Shown here: positions 1 to 9,643 of the stretch, piece by piece
Layout of the letters: the number at the start of each line of letters is the position of its first letter
Numbering within the stretch: the first letter of the stretch is position 1
Position numbers and translations under genes: made by a program
Assembly: GCA_040384485.1 (NCBI GenBank)
Contig: JAZKJH010000002.1
Location: 150,235 to 214,234 of the forward strand
DNA length: 64,000 nucleotides
Reading direction: 5' to 3'
Source of the DNA: Patescibacteria group bacterium
GTDB lineage: Bacteria; Patescibacteriota; Minisyncoccia; Phycocordibacterales; DATDWN01
Notes under the pieces: model-generated
The model's input: the letters and a program-made list of their open reading frames with translations, nothing else
What the model was told of the DNA's origin: nothing
Database searches by the model: none

Positions 1-158
1 AATGCTGTTAAAACCACAACTTCATCAGCAGCAATCTCAGACTGTGCTTGTGTGTCTAAAACTGGGTGGATCTCCGGCTCGGGTTGTTTAGTTGTTACAT
101 AAAAATATCCAGCTACCAATAAAATCAATATCAGGCCGATTATATATAATTTTTTCAT
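1..158 (-). CDS. hypothetical secreted/membrane protein, partial (start at 158, 3' end beyond window start)
   Basis: Minus-strand ORF starting MKKLYIIGLILILLVAGYFYVTTKQPEPE... (hydrophobic N-terminus), open to coordinate 1; below 60-aa track cutoff within window. Confidence 0.4.
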   Translation of the reverse strand, partial: MKKLYIIGLILILLVAGYFYVTTKQPEPEIHPVLDTQAQSEIAADEVVVLTA

Positions 159-171
159 AAATATATTATAT

Positions 172-212
172 CAAAAACAAAACCCCTTGTCGGGGCTTCG
201 TTTGTTATCTCT
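172..212 (-). terminator. intrinsic terminator-like hairpin (copy 1 of a duplicated element)
   Basis: ccccttgtcgggg stem with flanking aacaaaa/ttgtt extension; on the minus strand it is followed by a T-run; near-duplicate of the element at 375-447. Confidence 0.45.
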
Positions 213-374
213 TTGACCTAGCACGACACAGTCGTTTACTCCTATGTCTACTTGGAAACACCACAAGAGTACTTCCATTTTCTAAAAATGATTACATTTA
301 AGAAAATTTAGTCGCCCACGGTTTTCCCAATCCTTCCTCCACGGAAAAACACCCAGTTTTCCCGACCCCTTTCT

Positions 375-447
375 GCACCACAGTGGTCAAAAATAACAAA
401 ACCCCTTTTCGGGGTTCTGTTTGTTATCTTTTTGACCACTGTGGTGC
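375..447 (-). terminator. long palindromic intrinsic terminator overlapping the 3' end of rpsI
   Basis: gcaccacagtggtc...cccctttt cgggg...gaccactgtggtgc: ~30-bp-arm inverted repeat with GC core and U-run on the minus strand; right arm lies within the last rpsI codons. Confidence 0.6.
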
Positions 448-822
448 TTTTCTCGCTTTCTTCAATCCGAACTTTCTTCTTTCTTTAGCTCTTGGATCTC
501 GTTTCAAGTATCCTGCTTTCTTTAGTCCTTTTCTTAGTTCTGCTTCACCTTCTACTAGTGCTCTTGCGATACCGTGTCTCATAGCTTCTGCTTGTGAGTG
601 GATACCACTTCCTACTATTTTTGCTGTGATTTTAAATTTGTCAGAAACTTGAAGTAGAGGTTGCTTTACAATCATTTGCATTTCTTTGATTGGAAAATAT
701 CCGTCCAAATCTTTCTCGTTGATTGTGAAAGTAGTTTTTGCTGCAGGAGTAAGTCTAACTCTAGCTACCGCTGTTTTTCTTCGTCCTACTGCCTCTATGT
801 ATTTTTCTGCTTTTTCTGACAT
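424..822 (-). CDS. rpsI: 30S ribosomal protein S9
   Basis: 132 aa, C-terminal ...RKFGLKKARKAPQWSKR typical S9; follows rplM as in the conserved rplM-rpsI operon. Confidence 0.95.
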   Translation of the reverse strand: MSEKAEKYIEAVGRRKTAVARVRLTPAAKTTFTINEKDLDGYFPIKEMQMIVKQPLLQVSDKFKITAKIVGSGIHSQAEAMRHGIARALVEGEAELRKGLKKAGYLKRDPRAKERRKFGLKKARKAPQWSKR

Positions 823-826
823 ATAT

Positions 827-1171
827 TTATTCTGTAATAATTAAATTGTTCAACATTCTACTTCTAAGTTTGTTTTTTGGTAGCATACCGTAGATTGCCT
901 CTTTGAAAATCTCACTGTAACCTTTTTTAGCAATAACTTGCTTCATTGAAGGTTGTTTTAGTCCTCCTGGGTAACCAGAGTATCGGCTGTAAGTCTTTTG
1001 ATCCATTTTTGTGTCAGCAATAAGAGCTTTTGAAGTGTTGATGATCTCAACTGTAACGTTAGGAATAGTATTTCTTGCGTATTCAGGAGTGTTCTTGCCC
1101 ATAAGCAAAACTGTTGCTTCTGTAGCCACTCGTCCAACTCTTTTGTTTGCTGCGTCTAATGTGTATTTCAT
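827..1171 (-). CDS. rplM: 50S ribosomal protein L13
   Basis: 114 aa, L13-like sequence, directly upstream of rpsI. Confidence 0.93.
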   Translation of the reverse strand: MKYTLDAANKRVGRVATEATVLLMGKNTPEYARNTIPNVTVEIINTSKALIADTKMDQKTYSRYSGYPGGLKQPSMKQVIAKKGYSEIFKEAIYGMLPKNKLRSRMLNNLIITE

Positions 1172-1182
1172 ATAAATTGATA

Positions 1183-1533
1183 TTACTTAACGAACTCGAT
1201 AACTGCCATTGGACTACCATCAGAAAGTCTTTGTGGAAGCTTTGTGATTCTTGTGTATCCACCTTTTCTTGTAGTGTATCTTGGAGAAATAGTTTTTACA
1301 ACCTTCTCTGCTCCCTCAGCTCCTATTTTAGCAATAACAGCTCTTCTACCAGCGAGGGTTCCCTTTAGGCCTTGAGTAACTAGCTTCTCTACGTATGGTC
1401 GTAGAGATTTTGCCTTAGGTTCTGTAGTCTTGATTTTCTCTTCCATAACCAATGCCAAAGCCAAAGACTTCATAAGTCCTTTTCTGACCTTTGTTACTCT
1501 TCCGAATTTTCTGTTTGCTTTGTGATGATTCAT
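1183..1533 (-). CDS. rplQ: 50S ribosomal protein L17
   Basis: 116 aa MNHHKANRKFGR...; canonical position after rpoA. Confidence 0.93.
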   Translation of the reverse strand: MNHHKANRKFGRVTKVRKGLMKSLALALVMEEKIKTTEPKAKSLRPYVEKLVTQGLKGTLAGRRAVIAKIGAEGAEKVVKTISPRYTTRKGGYTRITKLPQRLSDGSPMAVIEFVK

Positions 1534-1557
1534 GTTTTTCTATTCTATAAATACTGA

Positions 1558-2517
1558 CTATTTTAGTGAGATTCCGAAACTACCTAGAACTTCTTTTATC
1601 TCAGAAAGTCCCTTGCCTCCCAATCCCTCTATTTCTAATATATCCTTCTCTTTTTTTCTAGCTAGACCACCTACTGTTCTTATGTTCGCGTTTGCTAGAG
1701 CATTTTGTGTTCTTGCTGACAAGTTTAGAGTTTCGATTCTAGTTTTCAATGCATCTTCGTCTGGAGCTGACTCGCCAGCACTGTGTGTTTTGTCTTCAAA
1801 TGAACCTGCTGTTACAACTTCCTCTTCTTTAAAGCCAATTATAGCTTTTAGCTGACCAATCATTATTTCGATAGATCTCTCTAGAGCTTCTTTTGGAGTA
1901 AGAGTTCCGTCTGTTTCAATAAAGATTTTTAGTCTATTGAAATCTGTTCTATCGCCAACTCGCATGTTCTCTACTTCATAACTAACTCTTCTAACTGGTG
2001 TGAAAATAGCATCTAGAGTGATGTGTCCGATATCTACTCTGTTTTTCTCAATAACTTCTTTTGAAATAAATCCAAGTCCTTTCTCTACAAAGATCTCCAT
2101 ATCAAGTTCTGCATTTTTGTCTGTCAAAGTTGCGATAACCAAGTCTTTGTTCATAACCTCTACTCCTCCAGTAACTTTTATGTCACCAGCAGTTACCTCT
2201 TTTGCCCCCTTAACTTTTAGAGTTAGTGTCTGAGTTTCATCTCCAACTATAGAAAATCTGATTTTCTTTAGGTTTAGAAGTATTGTAACTGCATCCTCTT
2301 TAACTCCAGGCATAACTGAAAACTCGTGAGAAACACCAGCTATCTTTACAGATGTTACTGCTGCTCCAGGTAGAGATGAAAGAATGATTCTTCTAAGCGA
2401 GTTACCTAGAGTATGACCGTAACCAGGATAAAGACCGTCAATCTCGTATGTTCCACTAAATTGAGCTTCTGATACAATTTTTGGTTTTGATGGCAATACG
2501 ATTGTATGGTCAGACAT
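1558..2517 (-). CDS. rpoA: DNA-directed RNA polymerase subunit alpha
   Basis: 319 aa; N-terminal domain motif GHTLGNSLRRILLSSLPG-like; rpsD-rpoA-rplQ synteny. Confidence 0.95.
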   Translation of the reverse strand: MSDHTIVLPSKPKIVSEAQFSGTYEIDGLYPGYGHTLGNSLRRIILSSLPGAAVTSVKIAGVSHEFSVMPGVKEDAVTILLNLKKIRFSIVGDETQTLTLKVKGAKEVTAGDIKVTGGVEVMNKDLVIATLTDKNAELDMEIFVEKGLGFISKEVIEKNRVDIGHITLDAIFTPVRRVSYEVENMRVGDRTDFNRLKIFIETDGTLTPKEALERSIEIMIGQLKAIIGFKEEEVVTAGSFEDKTHSAGESAPDEDALKTRIETLNLSARTQNALANANIRTVGGLARKKEKDILEIEGLGGKGLSEIKEVLGSFGISLK

Positions 2518-2591
2518 AGTTATTTTTGTTAGTTATTATATATAAAATAAGGCTTATAAATTCTACACTATTTTCATCCTTAAAGCAAGTT

Positions 2592-3200
2592 TTATCTACT
2601 GTAGAACTCGATAACTGCGTTAAGATCGAACATGTTCTCAGTTTTTACATGAACTGGCATTCCCTGAACCTCTGCTGTCTTGCTTGCTGCATCGATTTTC
2701 AGCCATGATGGCATTGCCGCATTTTTGATTTTTTCGTCAATAGTTGCAAACAAAGGTTTCTTTAGAGATCTTTCTGCAATAGTTAGTTTGTCCCCTATTT
2801 TAAGTCTTCTACTTGGAGTGTTTACTCTTCTGCCGTTTACAGAAATGTGACCATGAGACACCATTTGTCTTGCACCTGATCTAGTTGGAGAAAAACCTAG
2901 TCTGTAGATAGCGTTATCAAGTCTGAGTTCTAGGAATTGGAAAATAGTTTCTGGGGTGTTGATTGCCTTTTTAAGTAGCGCTTCTTTAACGTAGCCTGAA
3001 AACTGCTTCTCACTAATACCGTATGAAAATCTAGCTTTCTGCTTCTCATTCATCTGCAGACCGAACTCAGATTTTGGTTTAGAAAATTTCTTAGATTTAC
3101 CTCTTCTTTCTAGGTGAAGAGCATACTTTTGAGTTTGAGTTTTCTCAAATATTGGTGCCCCAAGGCGTCGTGCTATTTTGTATTTTGGTCCTATTATCAT
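2592..3200 (-). CDS. rpsD: 30S ribosomal protein S4
   Basis: 202 aa MIIGPKYKIARRLG...; S4 family; synteny. Confidence 0.95.
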   Translation of the reverse strand: MIIGPKYKIARRLGAPIFEKTQTQKYALHLERRGKSKKFSKPKSEFGLQMNEKQKARFSYGISEKQFSGYVKEALLKKAINTPETIFQFLELRLDNAIYRLGFSPTRSGARQMVSHGHISVNGRRVNTPSRRLKIGDKLTIAERSLKKPLFATIDEKIKNAAMPSWLKIDAASKTAEVQGMPVHVKTENMFDLNAVIEFYSR

Positions 3201-3221
3201 AAATATATTTAAAATTGAAAA

Positions 3222-3650
3222 TTATACTCTTCTTGGTTTCTTTGGTTTTGGTCCGTTGTGAGGAACTGGAGTAACATCCTTGATACTTGTGATACTAATA
3301 CCTTTACCAATAAAACCTCTGATTCCTGACTCTCGCCCAGATCCAACTCCTTTTACAACTACAGAAGCCTCTTTCATTCCCATAGCACTTGCCTTTGCTC
3401 CTATTATTTCACCAACTTTAGCAGCTGCGAAAGGAGTACCTTTTTTTGCACCCTTGAAGCCAGTAGCTCCTGAGGAAGAAGTAGCAAGTACGTTACCTTT
3501 TGCGTCTGTAAGAACTATCTTTGTGTTGTTGTATGTTGATTGGATATTCAAAATACCTACTTCAACTTTTCTTTTTGATACAGCAGAAACAGCAGAAGAC
3601 TTCTTGTCCCCATTCCCATCTTTTGTTGTTACGATTCTTTTTTTGCCCAT
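3222..3650 (-). CDS. rpsK: 30S ribosomal protein S11
   Basis: 142 aa; S11 core motifs (...SGRESGIRGF...); synteny. Confidence 0.95.
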   Translation of the reverse strand: MGKKRIVTTKDGNGDKKSSAVSAVSKRKVEVGILNIQSTYNNTKIVLTDAKGNVLATSSSGATGFKGAKKGTPFAAAKVGEIIGAKASAMGMKEASVVVKGVGSGRESGIRGFIGKGISITSIKDVTPVPHNGPKPKKPRRV

Positions 3651-3676
3651 GATAGTTTAAATGATGTTTACGCTAA

Positions 3677-4054
3677 TTATTTCTTGTCTGCTGATTTTCT
3701 TCCGGTACCCATAGTTTTCTTCGCTCCTCGTTTTGTTCTCGCGTTAGTTTTTGTTCTTTGTCCTCTAACTGGAAGGTTTCTTGAGTGTCTAGTTCCTCGG
3801 TAAGTTTTGATATCTTTAAGTCTCTTTATGTTACCGGCAATTTCTCTTTTCAAATCTCCTTCTATTTTGAACTCCTCAACAGCCTTTCTAATAGCGTTTT
3901 CTTGCTCAACAGTGATCTCTTTAGGTTTCAGACTTACCTGTACTTTCGCTTTATCAAGAATACTGTGTGCTCTCGCACGGCCTATTCCATATAGGACTGT
4001 AAGTCCTATCTCTATTCTTTTCTCGTCTGGTATTGTGATTCCTAGTATTCTCAT
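3677..4054 (-). CDS. rpsM: 30S ribosomal protein S13
   Basis: 125 aa MRILGITIPDEKRIEIGLTVLYGIG... classic S13 N-terminus. Confidence 0.95.
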   Translation of the reverse strand: MRILGITIPDEKRIEIGLTVLYGIGRARAHSILDKAKVQVSLKPKEITVEQENAIRKAVEEFKIEGDLKREIAGNIKRLKDIKTYRGTRHSRNLPVRGQRTKTNARTKRGAKKTMGTGRKSADKK

Positions 4055-4088
4055 TTTTGTATAGTTTATTAAAAGTGCGAACTAATTC

Positions 4089-4205
4089 TTATCCTTGTCT
4101 TTGTTTGTGTCGAACATTTGCCTTACAAGTAACATAAACATAGCCCTTTCTTCGGACTACTTGGCACTGTGAACACATTTTTTTTACTGATGATTTTACT
4201 TTCAT
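4089..4205 (-). CDS. rpmJ: 50S ribosomal protein L36 (38 aa; not in ORF track)
   Basis: Translating the minus strand by hand gives [38 protein letters not shown], matching the L36 zinc-ribbon consensus; sits between infA and rpsM as expected. Confidence 0.85.
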   Translation of the reverse strand: MKVKSSVKKMCSQCQVVRRKGYVYVTCKANVRHKQRQG

Positions 4206-4212
4206 TTTAGAT

Positions 4213-4434
4213 TTAAACTCTCTTGGTTATTCGGCCTTTGCCTCCGTATGGGTCAATTTCAACAACAACTTTATCCCCGACCAGAACTCGTATTCTGTGC
4301 AGTCTCATTTTTCCAGAGAGATACGTTAGCATCTCTTCACCATTATCCTCTCTTCTTACTCTAAAAAAAGTGTTTGGCAAAGCCTCTGTAACTTGACCTA
4401 CTATTGCGGTATCTTTTTTGTTTTGATCTTGCAT
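4213..4434 (-). CDS. infA: translation initiation factor IF-1
   Basis: 73 aa, S1-like OB fold ...[29 protein letters not shown]... Confidence 0.92.
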   Translation of the reverse strand: MQDQNKKDTAIVGQVTEALPNTFFRVRREDNGEEMLTYLSGKMRLHRIRVLVGDKVVVEIDPYGGKGRITKRV

Positions 4435-4526
4435 TATTTCACACGATAGACGCGCGAATCACCCAAATTTTTAATACAGATAGTATCCTAACAGAATTAG
4501 GGGTGTTTAGTCAACCCTACATCTAC

Positions 4527-5885
4527 CTAGTTTTCCAGTGTATTGACAATCTCGACTTTGTCTGGGTTATTCGGTATAGACCTGCTCCAGAAAGGTTGGG
4601 TTTTTATCCAGGCTTCTTTCATATTTACATATGTTCGCAAAACCTCCTCCGCACTCTGTTTTGAAAGTCCCAAGAGGTCAGTTTTTATCTTGCCTTCGTC
4701 AAATACCCAGACCACATTGGCGTCCCCCTTGATATTAAAAGATATATTATCGGTAGTGTTTGGATCAAAGTTAACTGTGTTAAGAGTAAAGTCCAAAACA
4801 TCAAGGTTAGAGATTTTTACTGAACCCTGTTCTGTATCAGGCAGTATTTTTTGCAAGATAACACCACTAATAGCTGTTCTGTCGAAAATAATAGCACTTA
4901 TGACTCCTCGCTTCTTTAAGACAGCTGATGACGTGCTTCCGCCTCCTGTTTGTGTGACCGGTTCAAATTTGTAGCTAACACTGCTTTGGTATAATACAAA
5001 GTTGTTCGGAATCTGTGACGCAATCTCAGTTGCTAATGCAGCCTGCAACTCTTGCTCCATCTCGGCTCCAGCCTTATCTAGCACTTCTTTTGAAACAGTT
5101 TTCTGTACACCAGAGAAACCTCCCGTCATTGCAGTTTTTGATCGAGCGTATATTTCGGTATATTTAGGTGTGCCTTTAAAGCCGACAATGGTTAAATCTG
5201 AAAGAGGAATGTTGTATTTTTCACCTACTGCATCAGCCTCTACCACCACTTCGGCAGAACCCGAAACAGTTTTTCCGTCTTTTACCTGTCTTGCTGGCAC
5301 AGTAACGGCAGTTTTGGCTCTGTATATCAAACCTCCTGCTGCCTCAAAGCGTGTAGTTGCCACTAGTCTTTGGGCTTCAGCGGTTTTATTGTAAATAACT
5401 ATGGTTCCAGAAGCCTTTGTATCTACTCTTTCTTCTCCAGTTGCTGTAACTGTTCTTTCTATATCTTTGGCTGTACTAACTATCTGGAATCCTAATCCAC
5501 CACTTGCCAGGTTTTTCTCAGCAGAAAGAACCTCATTTAATACTCTAGTTTCCTGTTTCGGAGAAAAGGTTATCTCCGCACTCTTAAAAAATGAGGAAAC
5601 AAAGAAAACAAGTCCGAACAAAAGCGCTCCTAAAAGGATATACCGAGTAAATCTGCTTTTACTTTTTCTGACCGGCTCGTTGTATTCAAAGTTGTTTTTT
5701 GGAACTTCTTTTTTTTCTTCTTTTACAATAGTTATTTTTGGGACAGACTTTCTTACTATATCTTGAGTTTTTGGTTTTGGTTCAGGAGCAGGGGCAGGAG
5801 CCGATTTTTTCGACACCCTAGGTATCTCTACATTTCTTATCGATTTTTTTGGAGGGAGTACATCTTGTACAATATTTTTTTTCAT
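4527..5885 (-). CDS. hypothetical single-pass membrane protein with Pro/Lys-rich cytoplasmic N-terminus and large extracytoplasmic domain
   Basis: 452 aa; PAPAPEPKPK low-complexity segment, one TM (ILLGALLFGLVFFVSSFF), no recognised domain; occupies the place of map/adk/secY upstream of infA. Confidence 0.5.
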   Translation of the reverse strand: MKKNIVQDVLPPKKSIRNVEIPRVSKKSAPAPAPEPKPKTQDIVRKSVPKITIVKEEKKEVPKNNFEYNEPVRKSKSRFTRYILLGALLFGLVFFVSSFFKSAEITFSPKQETRVLNEVLSAEKNLASGGLGFQIVSTAKDIERTVTATGEERVDTKASGTIVIYNKTAEAQRLVATTRFEAAGGLIYRAKTAVTVPARQVKDGKTVSGSAEVVVEADAVGEKYNIPLSDLTIVGFKGTPKYTEIYARSKTAMTGGFSGVQKTVSKEVLDKAGAEMEQELQAALATEIASQIPNNFVLYQSSVSYKFEPVTQTGGGSTSSAVLKKRGVISAIIFDRTAISGVILQKILPDTEQGSVKISNLDVLDFTLNTVNFDPNTTDNISFNIKGDANVVWVFDEGKIKTDLLGLSKQSAEEVLRTYVNMKEAWIKTQPFWSRSIPNNPDKVEIVNTLEN

Positions 5886-5941
5886 AGAGTTTGTTTGTTG
5901 TTATTTTAGCTCAAAACAATAGGTTTGCAAAGAAATAGTGT

Positions 5942-7153
5942 TTATAACTCTTTTAGTTTTATTTTTTTATCATAAAAAACAGTTTCGATTCCCACAAAAA
6001 TATCTTTTTCTTTGGGATAAGCATCGATGTAAAGATGTTCCAGTGCCTGAGTATCAACCTCTACCAATTTAAGGCCATTTCTCCAGTTCTGCGTTTTATC
6101 TTTTTTCTCCATCGCCAAGAAATTTAAAAATATTTTATTAATGTCTTTTTCTCCGGTGATAAAAATAGTTTTTGGAACTGCACCTTTTGGTGAAAAAGTA
6201 AGAAGTGCATCCTCTAGATATATCGCCCATTCTTTCTCTATGTCCCCAACCACTAAGTCGATAAGCTCTGTAGTAACAGTATCTAGCTTGTAGTCGGTAT
6301 AGAGACGCAGATAAGACTCGGCAATTTCCATACCCACTTCGGCGCGTTTAGCTATCTGACGGACGATATAGCTTCTTCCAATAGGCATTGTTGCAACATC
6401 CTTTATAATGTCTCCACACACAAAAGATATGTGCGTGGTTTCCGAAGTAATATCCATGGTTACAAAGCTTTCTTGAACCAAAAAGGAATCGCGAATAACC
6501 GAAAACAGTACGAGTGGAAAGGAGTGAGCAAGTACGTGCTCTTTTGATATGTGAGTGTGTTTTTGAATAAGTCCTAAAACCTTCTTCTCCACACTCTCCG
6601 GTATTAAGGATAACCAGATATCAGCTTCGAGTGATTTGGTTTTTTTGCCGAGTACGTTGTTTACAGGATAACCGTTCATTCTGGTATTTACCACAGAGCT
6701 TTCAAGAATAATGAGGGAATCTTTGGCATTTTCTGGCAGAGTTTTAAGGGTGTCAGATTTGAACTGGGCAGCTTCAGTATCAGCCAAGTTTTTCAAGGAC
6801 TTACTTGTTACATAAAAAGGTTCTTTTTCCTCTACTTTTAGACTTTTAGACAAAGTGTAAAACCAAGGAGACGAAAAAGTTGCTAGTACTTTGTGGATTT
6901 TTTTATTTTTGGAATTCTGTATTCCCTCTTTTAGGGTGTTCTTTAAAACGATATTGAGTCCTGTCTCCATGCTTTTCAGTAAATTGTTTGGGCCATCCTC
7001 GGATATAGGAAATACGCTTTTTGTGATAAACAAAATTTTTGGCAACTGATTTTTTGAAAACAATACTAGCGAGCTACTAACTAGCCCGCTGCCGATATCG
7101 ATTAAAAGAGCTAACTCCTCTTTATCTTTTTTTATGAAAGACAAAATAGACAT
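5942..7153 (-). CDS. actin-like ATPase, FtsA/PilM family (tentative)
   Basis: 403 aa; N-terminal LALLIDIGSGLVSSS resembles the phosphate-1 motif of FtsA/PilM/MreB-fold ATPases. Confidence 0.4.
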   Translation of the reverse strand: MSILSFIKKDKEELALLIDIGSGLVSSSLVLFSKNQLPKILFITKSVFPISEDGPNNLLKSMETGLNIVLKNTLKEGIQNSKNKKIHKVLATFSSPWFYTLSKSLKVEEKEPFYVTSKSLKNLADTEAAQFKSDTLKTLPENAKDSLIILESSVVNTRMNGYPVNNVLGKKTKSLEADIWLSLIPESVEKKVLGLIQKHTHISKEHVLAHSFPLVLFSVIRDSFLVQESFVTMDITSETTHISFVCGDIIKDVATMPIGRSYIVRQIAKRAEVGMEIAESYLRLYTDYKLDTVTTELIDLVVGDIEKEWAIYLEDALLTFSPKGAVPKTIFITGEKDINKIFLNFLAMEKKDKTQNWRNGLKLVEVDTQALEHLYIDAYPKEKDIFVGIETVFYDKKIKLKEL

Positions 7154-7204
7154 GCATATATTATATAGTAGCCGATACTCAGTAGCTAGGGAAAATTTGC
7201 AGCT

Positions 7205-8959
7205 TTATTCCAGTATTGCTTTTATTCTTCGAACTCCAGATGAAACTGCCTCCTCTTTTGAAATTTTAAAGTGACCAAGTGTTCCGATGTTCTCTACGTG
7301 AGGACCACCACAGAATTCCTTTGAGTATGCGGACTCCAAACTATCTCCAATAAAGTATACAGAAACTTCGTCACCATATTTATCACCGAAAAAGTGTAGT
7401 GCTCCTGTATTTACAGCCTCATCTTTTTTCATAACAACTTTTTGCATAGGTAAACCGAGCTGTATTTTCTCGTTCACTATATCCTCTACCTGTTTCTTCT
7501 CTTCATCAGTCATTTTTCTCTCAAAAGCAAAGTCAAAACGTAGTCTTTCTGCTGTTATATTACTACCCTTTTGAGCTACGCTGGTACCTAGCACATCGCG
7601 CAAGGCCTGATGTAACAAGTGTGTAGCAGAATGGTATTTTGTCTCCATTTCCCCAGTACCAGAAAGTCCTCCCTTAAATTTCTGTTCAGCACCAGCTCTG
7701 GAAAGCTCTTGATGCTTTTTGAACTCCTCCTTAAACAATTCTTCATTCAGTACGATACCTTTTTCAGCAGCGAGTTCCTTGGTTAGCTCGAAAGGGAAAC
7801 CGTAAGTTGTGAAGAGCACAAAAGGGTCTTCTCCTTTTTCGAATTGTCGAAAGCCTTCATCTATAGTTTTCTTAAATTTTTCTATTTCCAGATTAATGAC
7901 ATCTAGTATTTGTTTCTCATTGAATGAGTAGGTATCTCTGTATGCTGTGTGCCCAACCACAACTGAAGCCACAGAAATCAAAAGTGCAGTGTCTTTTTGC
8001 ATTTTTCTCATAGAAACAACTGCTCTTCGGATAAGCCTCCTTAAGATATAACCCTTTTCTGTATTGGATGGTAAAACCCCATCAGAAATCATAAACACAG
8101 CAGTTCTTATATGATCACAAACTATTCTTGCCAACCTATCTTCTTTGTTTGAAACTGGTTGAAGTGGTAAAAACAGCGGCAGAAATAAATCTGTTTCAAA
8201 AACATTACTTTTTCCTTGAAGAGTCATCACCACTCTTTCAAAACCAGAACCAGTATCAACATTTTTATTTGCTAGTCTGTCGATTACTCTCCCCTCCTTA
8301 GAAAGGTATTCCATGAAAACATTGTTCCATATTTCAACAACTCTTTGTTCATCATCCGCTTTCAGGTACTCGTCCAAACTCATACCGCTCCGCAGATCTC
8401 CAGTGAGGTCGTAAAACATCTCAGTGTCAGGCCCGCAAGGTCCGTTTGGCCCAGCACTCCACCAATTTTTTTCCTTTGGTCGGAAGTAGATTCTCTCTCC
8501 TGTTACTCCATTCTTCTCGAAAATTTCCTTCCAAATAGAAAACGACTCTTCATCGCGAGGAGCATTTTCATCACCTTCAAAACATGTCACATACAGTCTT
8601 TGAGGATCTAGTCCAAAACCCTCTTCCTTGGAAGTGAGTAGTTGGTAACTCCAGTTTATCGAGTCTTTTTTAAAATAGTCTCCTAGAGACCAATTCCCCA
8701 TCATTTCGAAAAAAGTTAAGTGGGTATTGTCTCCAACCTCTTCCAAATCCCCTGTTCTTACACATTTTTGTATATTAGCCAGTCTCTTGCCCTTTGGATG
8801 CTCCTCACCAAGTAGATAAGGTACTAGTGGTTGCATACCGGCAGTATTAAACAAAACGGAAGGATCATTTTCAGGCACTAAAGAAGCCGAGGGTATGATA
8901 GCGTGCCCTCTGTTTTCGAAAAACGAAAGAAACCTTCTTCTAACTTCTTTTGATTCCAT
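7205..8959 (-). CDS. alaS: alanine--tRNA ligase, short form lacking the C-terminal C-Ala domain
   Basis: 584 aa; class II catalytic N-terminus (FNTAGMQPLVPYLLG, ...TFFEMMGNWSLGDYFK) plus editing-domain HxxxH (HSATHLL) and CGGPHV motif; roughly 290 aa shorter than typical bacterial AlaRS. Confidence 0.9.
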   Translation of the reverse strand: MESKEVRRRFLSFFENRGHAIIPSASLVPENDPSVLFNTAGMQPLVPYLLGEEHPKGKRLANIQKCVRTGDLEEVGDNTHLTFFEMMGNWSLGDYFKKDSINWSYQLLTSKEEGFGLDPQRLYVTCFEGDENAPRDEESFSIWKEIFEKNGVTGERIYFRPKEKNWWSAGPNGPCGPDTEMFYDLTGDLRSGMSLDEYLKADDEQRVVEIWNNVFMEYLSKEGRVIDRLANKNVDTGSGFERVVMTLQGKSNVFETDLFLPLFLPLQPVSNKEDRLARIVCDHIRTAVFMISDGVLPSNTEKGYILRRLIRRAVVSMRKMQKDTALLISVASVVVGHTAYRDTYSFNEKQILDVINLEIEKFKKTIDEGFRQFEKGEDPFVLFTTYGFPFELTKELAAEKGIVLNEELFKEEFKKHQELSRAGAEQKFKGGLSGTGEMETKYHSATHLLHQALRDVLGTSVAQKGSNITAERLRFDFAFERKMTDEEKKQVEDIVNEKIQLGLPMQKVVMKKDEAVNTGALHFFGDKYGDEVSVYFIGDSLESAYSKEFCGGPHVENIGTLGHFKISKEEAVSSGVRRIKAILE

Positions 8960-9030
8960 AGTAGGTTTATATTAGCTTAAAAATCTTAAAAATAAAAATT
9001 TGTTTTACGTTAAGCTTTTGAGTAAACTCT

Positions 9031-9639
9031 CTACAAGTATTTTTTCAGCACTTGAAAATCTTGAGCCAAAATATCCTTGTTCCCACCGTTATACAAAGCG
9101 ACAGCTGGATGATACAAAGGAATTATAGTTATAGGCCCATACTCTGCTTCTGCGATAAATTTTTTACCGTGCAGGCTGCCAATCTTATCTATTTTATCTT
9201 CTAAACCGAACTTTTTCATAATATACTCCATGGAAAACCGACCAAGAGTCGCGATAATCTCAGGCTGGACTATATTTATTTGTCTATCTAGAAAGTGTGC
9301 GTATGTTTTAACTTCTTTTGGACTAGGATCTCTGTTCTCTGGGGGCCTGTCATTTACAATGTTTGTTATATAAACATCACTTCTATTGAGTTGAATGGAT
9401 TCGAGCATTTCATCCAACACTTTTCCAGATTTGCCACAAAAAGGGCGTGCTGTTTCAGCCTCGTTTTTTCCTGGAGCTTCTCCAACAAACATAATTTTGG
9501 CGGAATGACTACCTTCTCCTACCACTGGAAAATACTTGTTCTCAATACGGTACTTATACAAAGGAGATTCTTTGAAATTCAATAACTCGTTTCTTATCTC
9601 CACCATTTTTTCAAATTTTTCTTCAAGACTGATCGACAT
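9031..9639 (-). CDS. uracil-DNA glycosylase, family 4
   Basis: 202 aa; GEGSHSAKIMFVGEAPG motif and the overall layout are typical of family 4 UDG. Confidence 0.85.
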   Translation of the reverse strand: MSISLEEKFEKMVEIRNELLNFKESPLYKYRIENKYFPVVGEGSHSAKIMFVGEAPGKNEAETARPFCGKSGKVLDEMLESIQLNRSDVYITNIVNDRPPENRDPSPKEVKTYAHFLDRQINIVQPEIIATLGRFSMEYIMKKFGLEDKIDKIGSLHGKKFIAEAEYGPITIIPLYHPAVALYNGGNKDILAQDFQVLKKYL

Positions 9640-9643
9640 AGTT

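Noticed and set aside
1532-2233. Plus-strand ORFs (1532-1855, 2000-2233) antisense inside rpoA, and similar antisense ORFs inside most large minus-strand genes (for example 4543-5766, 17215-18354, 27073-28128, 51587-52111)
   Set aside because: They lie entirely within well-supported conserved genes on the opposite strand, are low-complexity Ser/Leu/Phe-rich translations typical of antisense AT-rich DNA, and lack RBSs.
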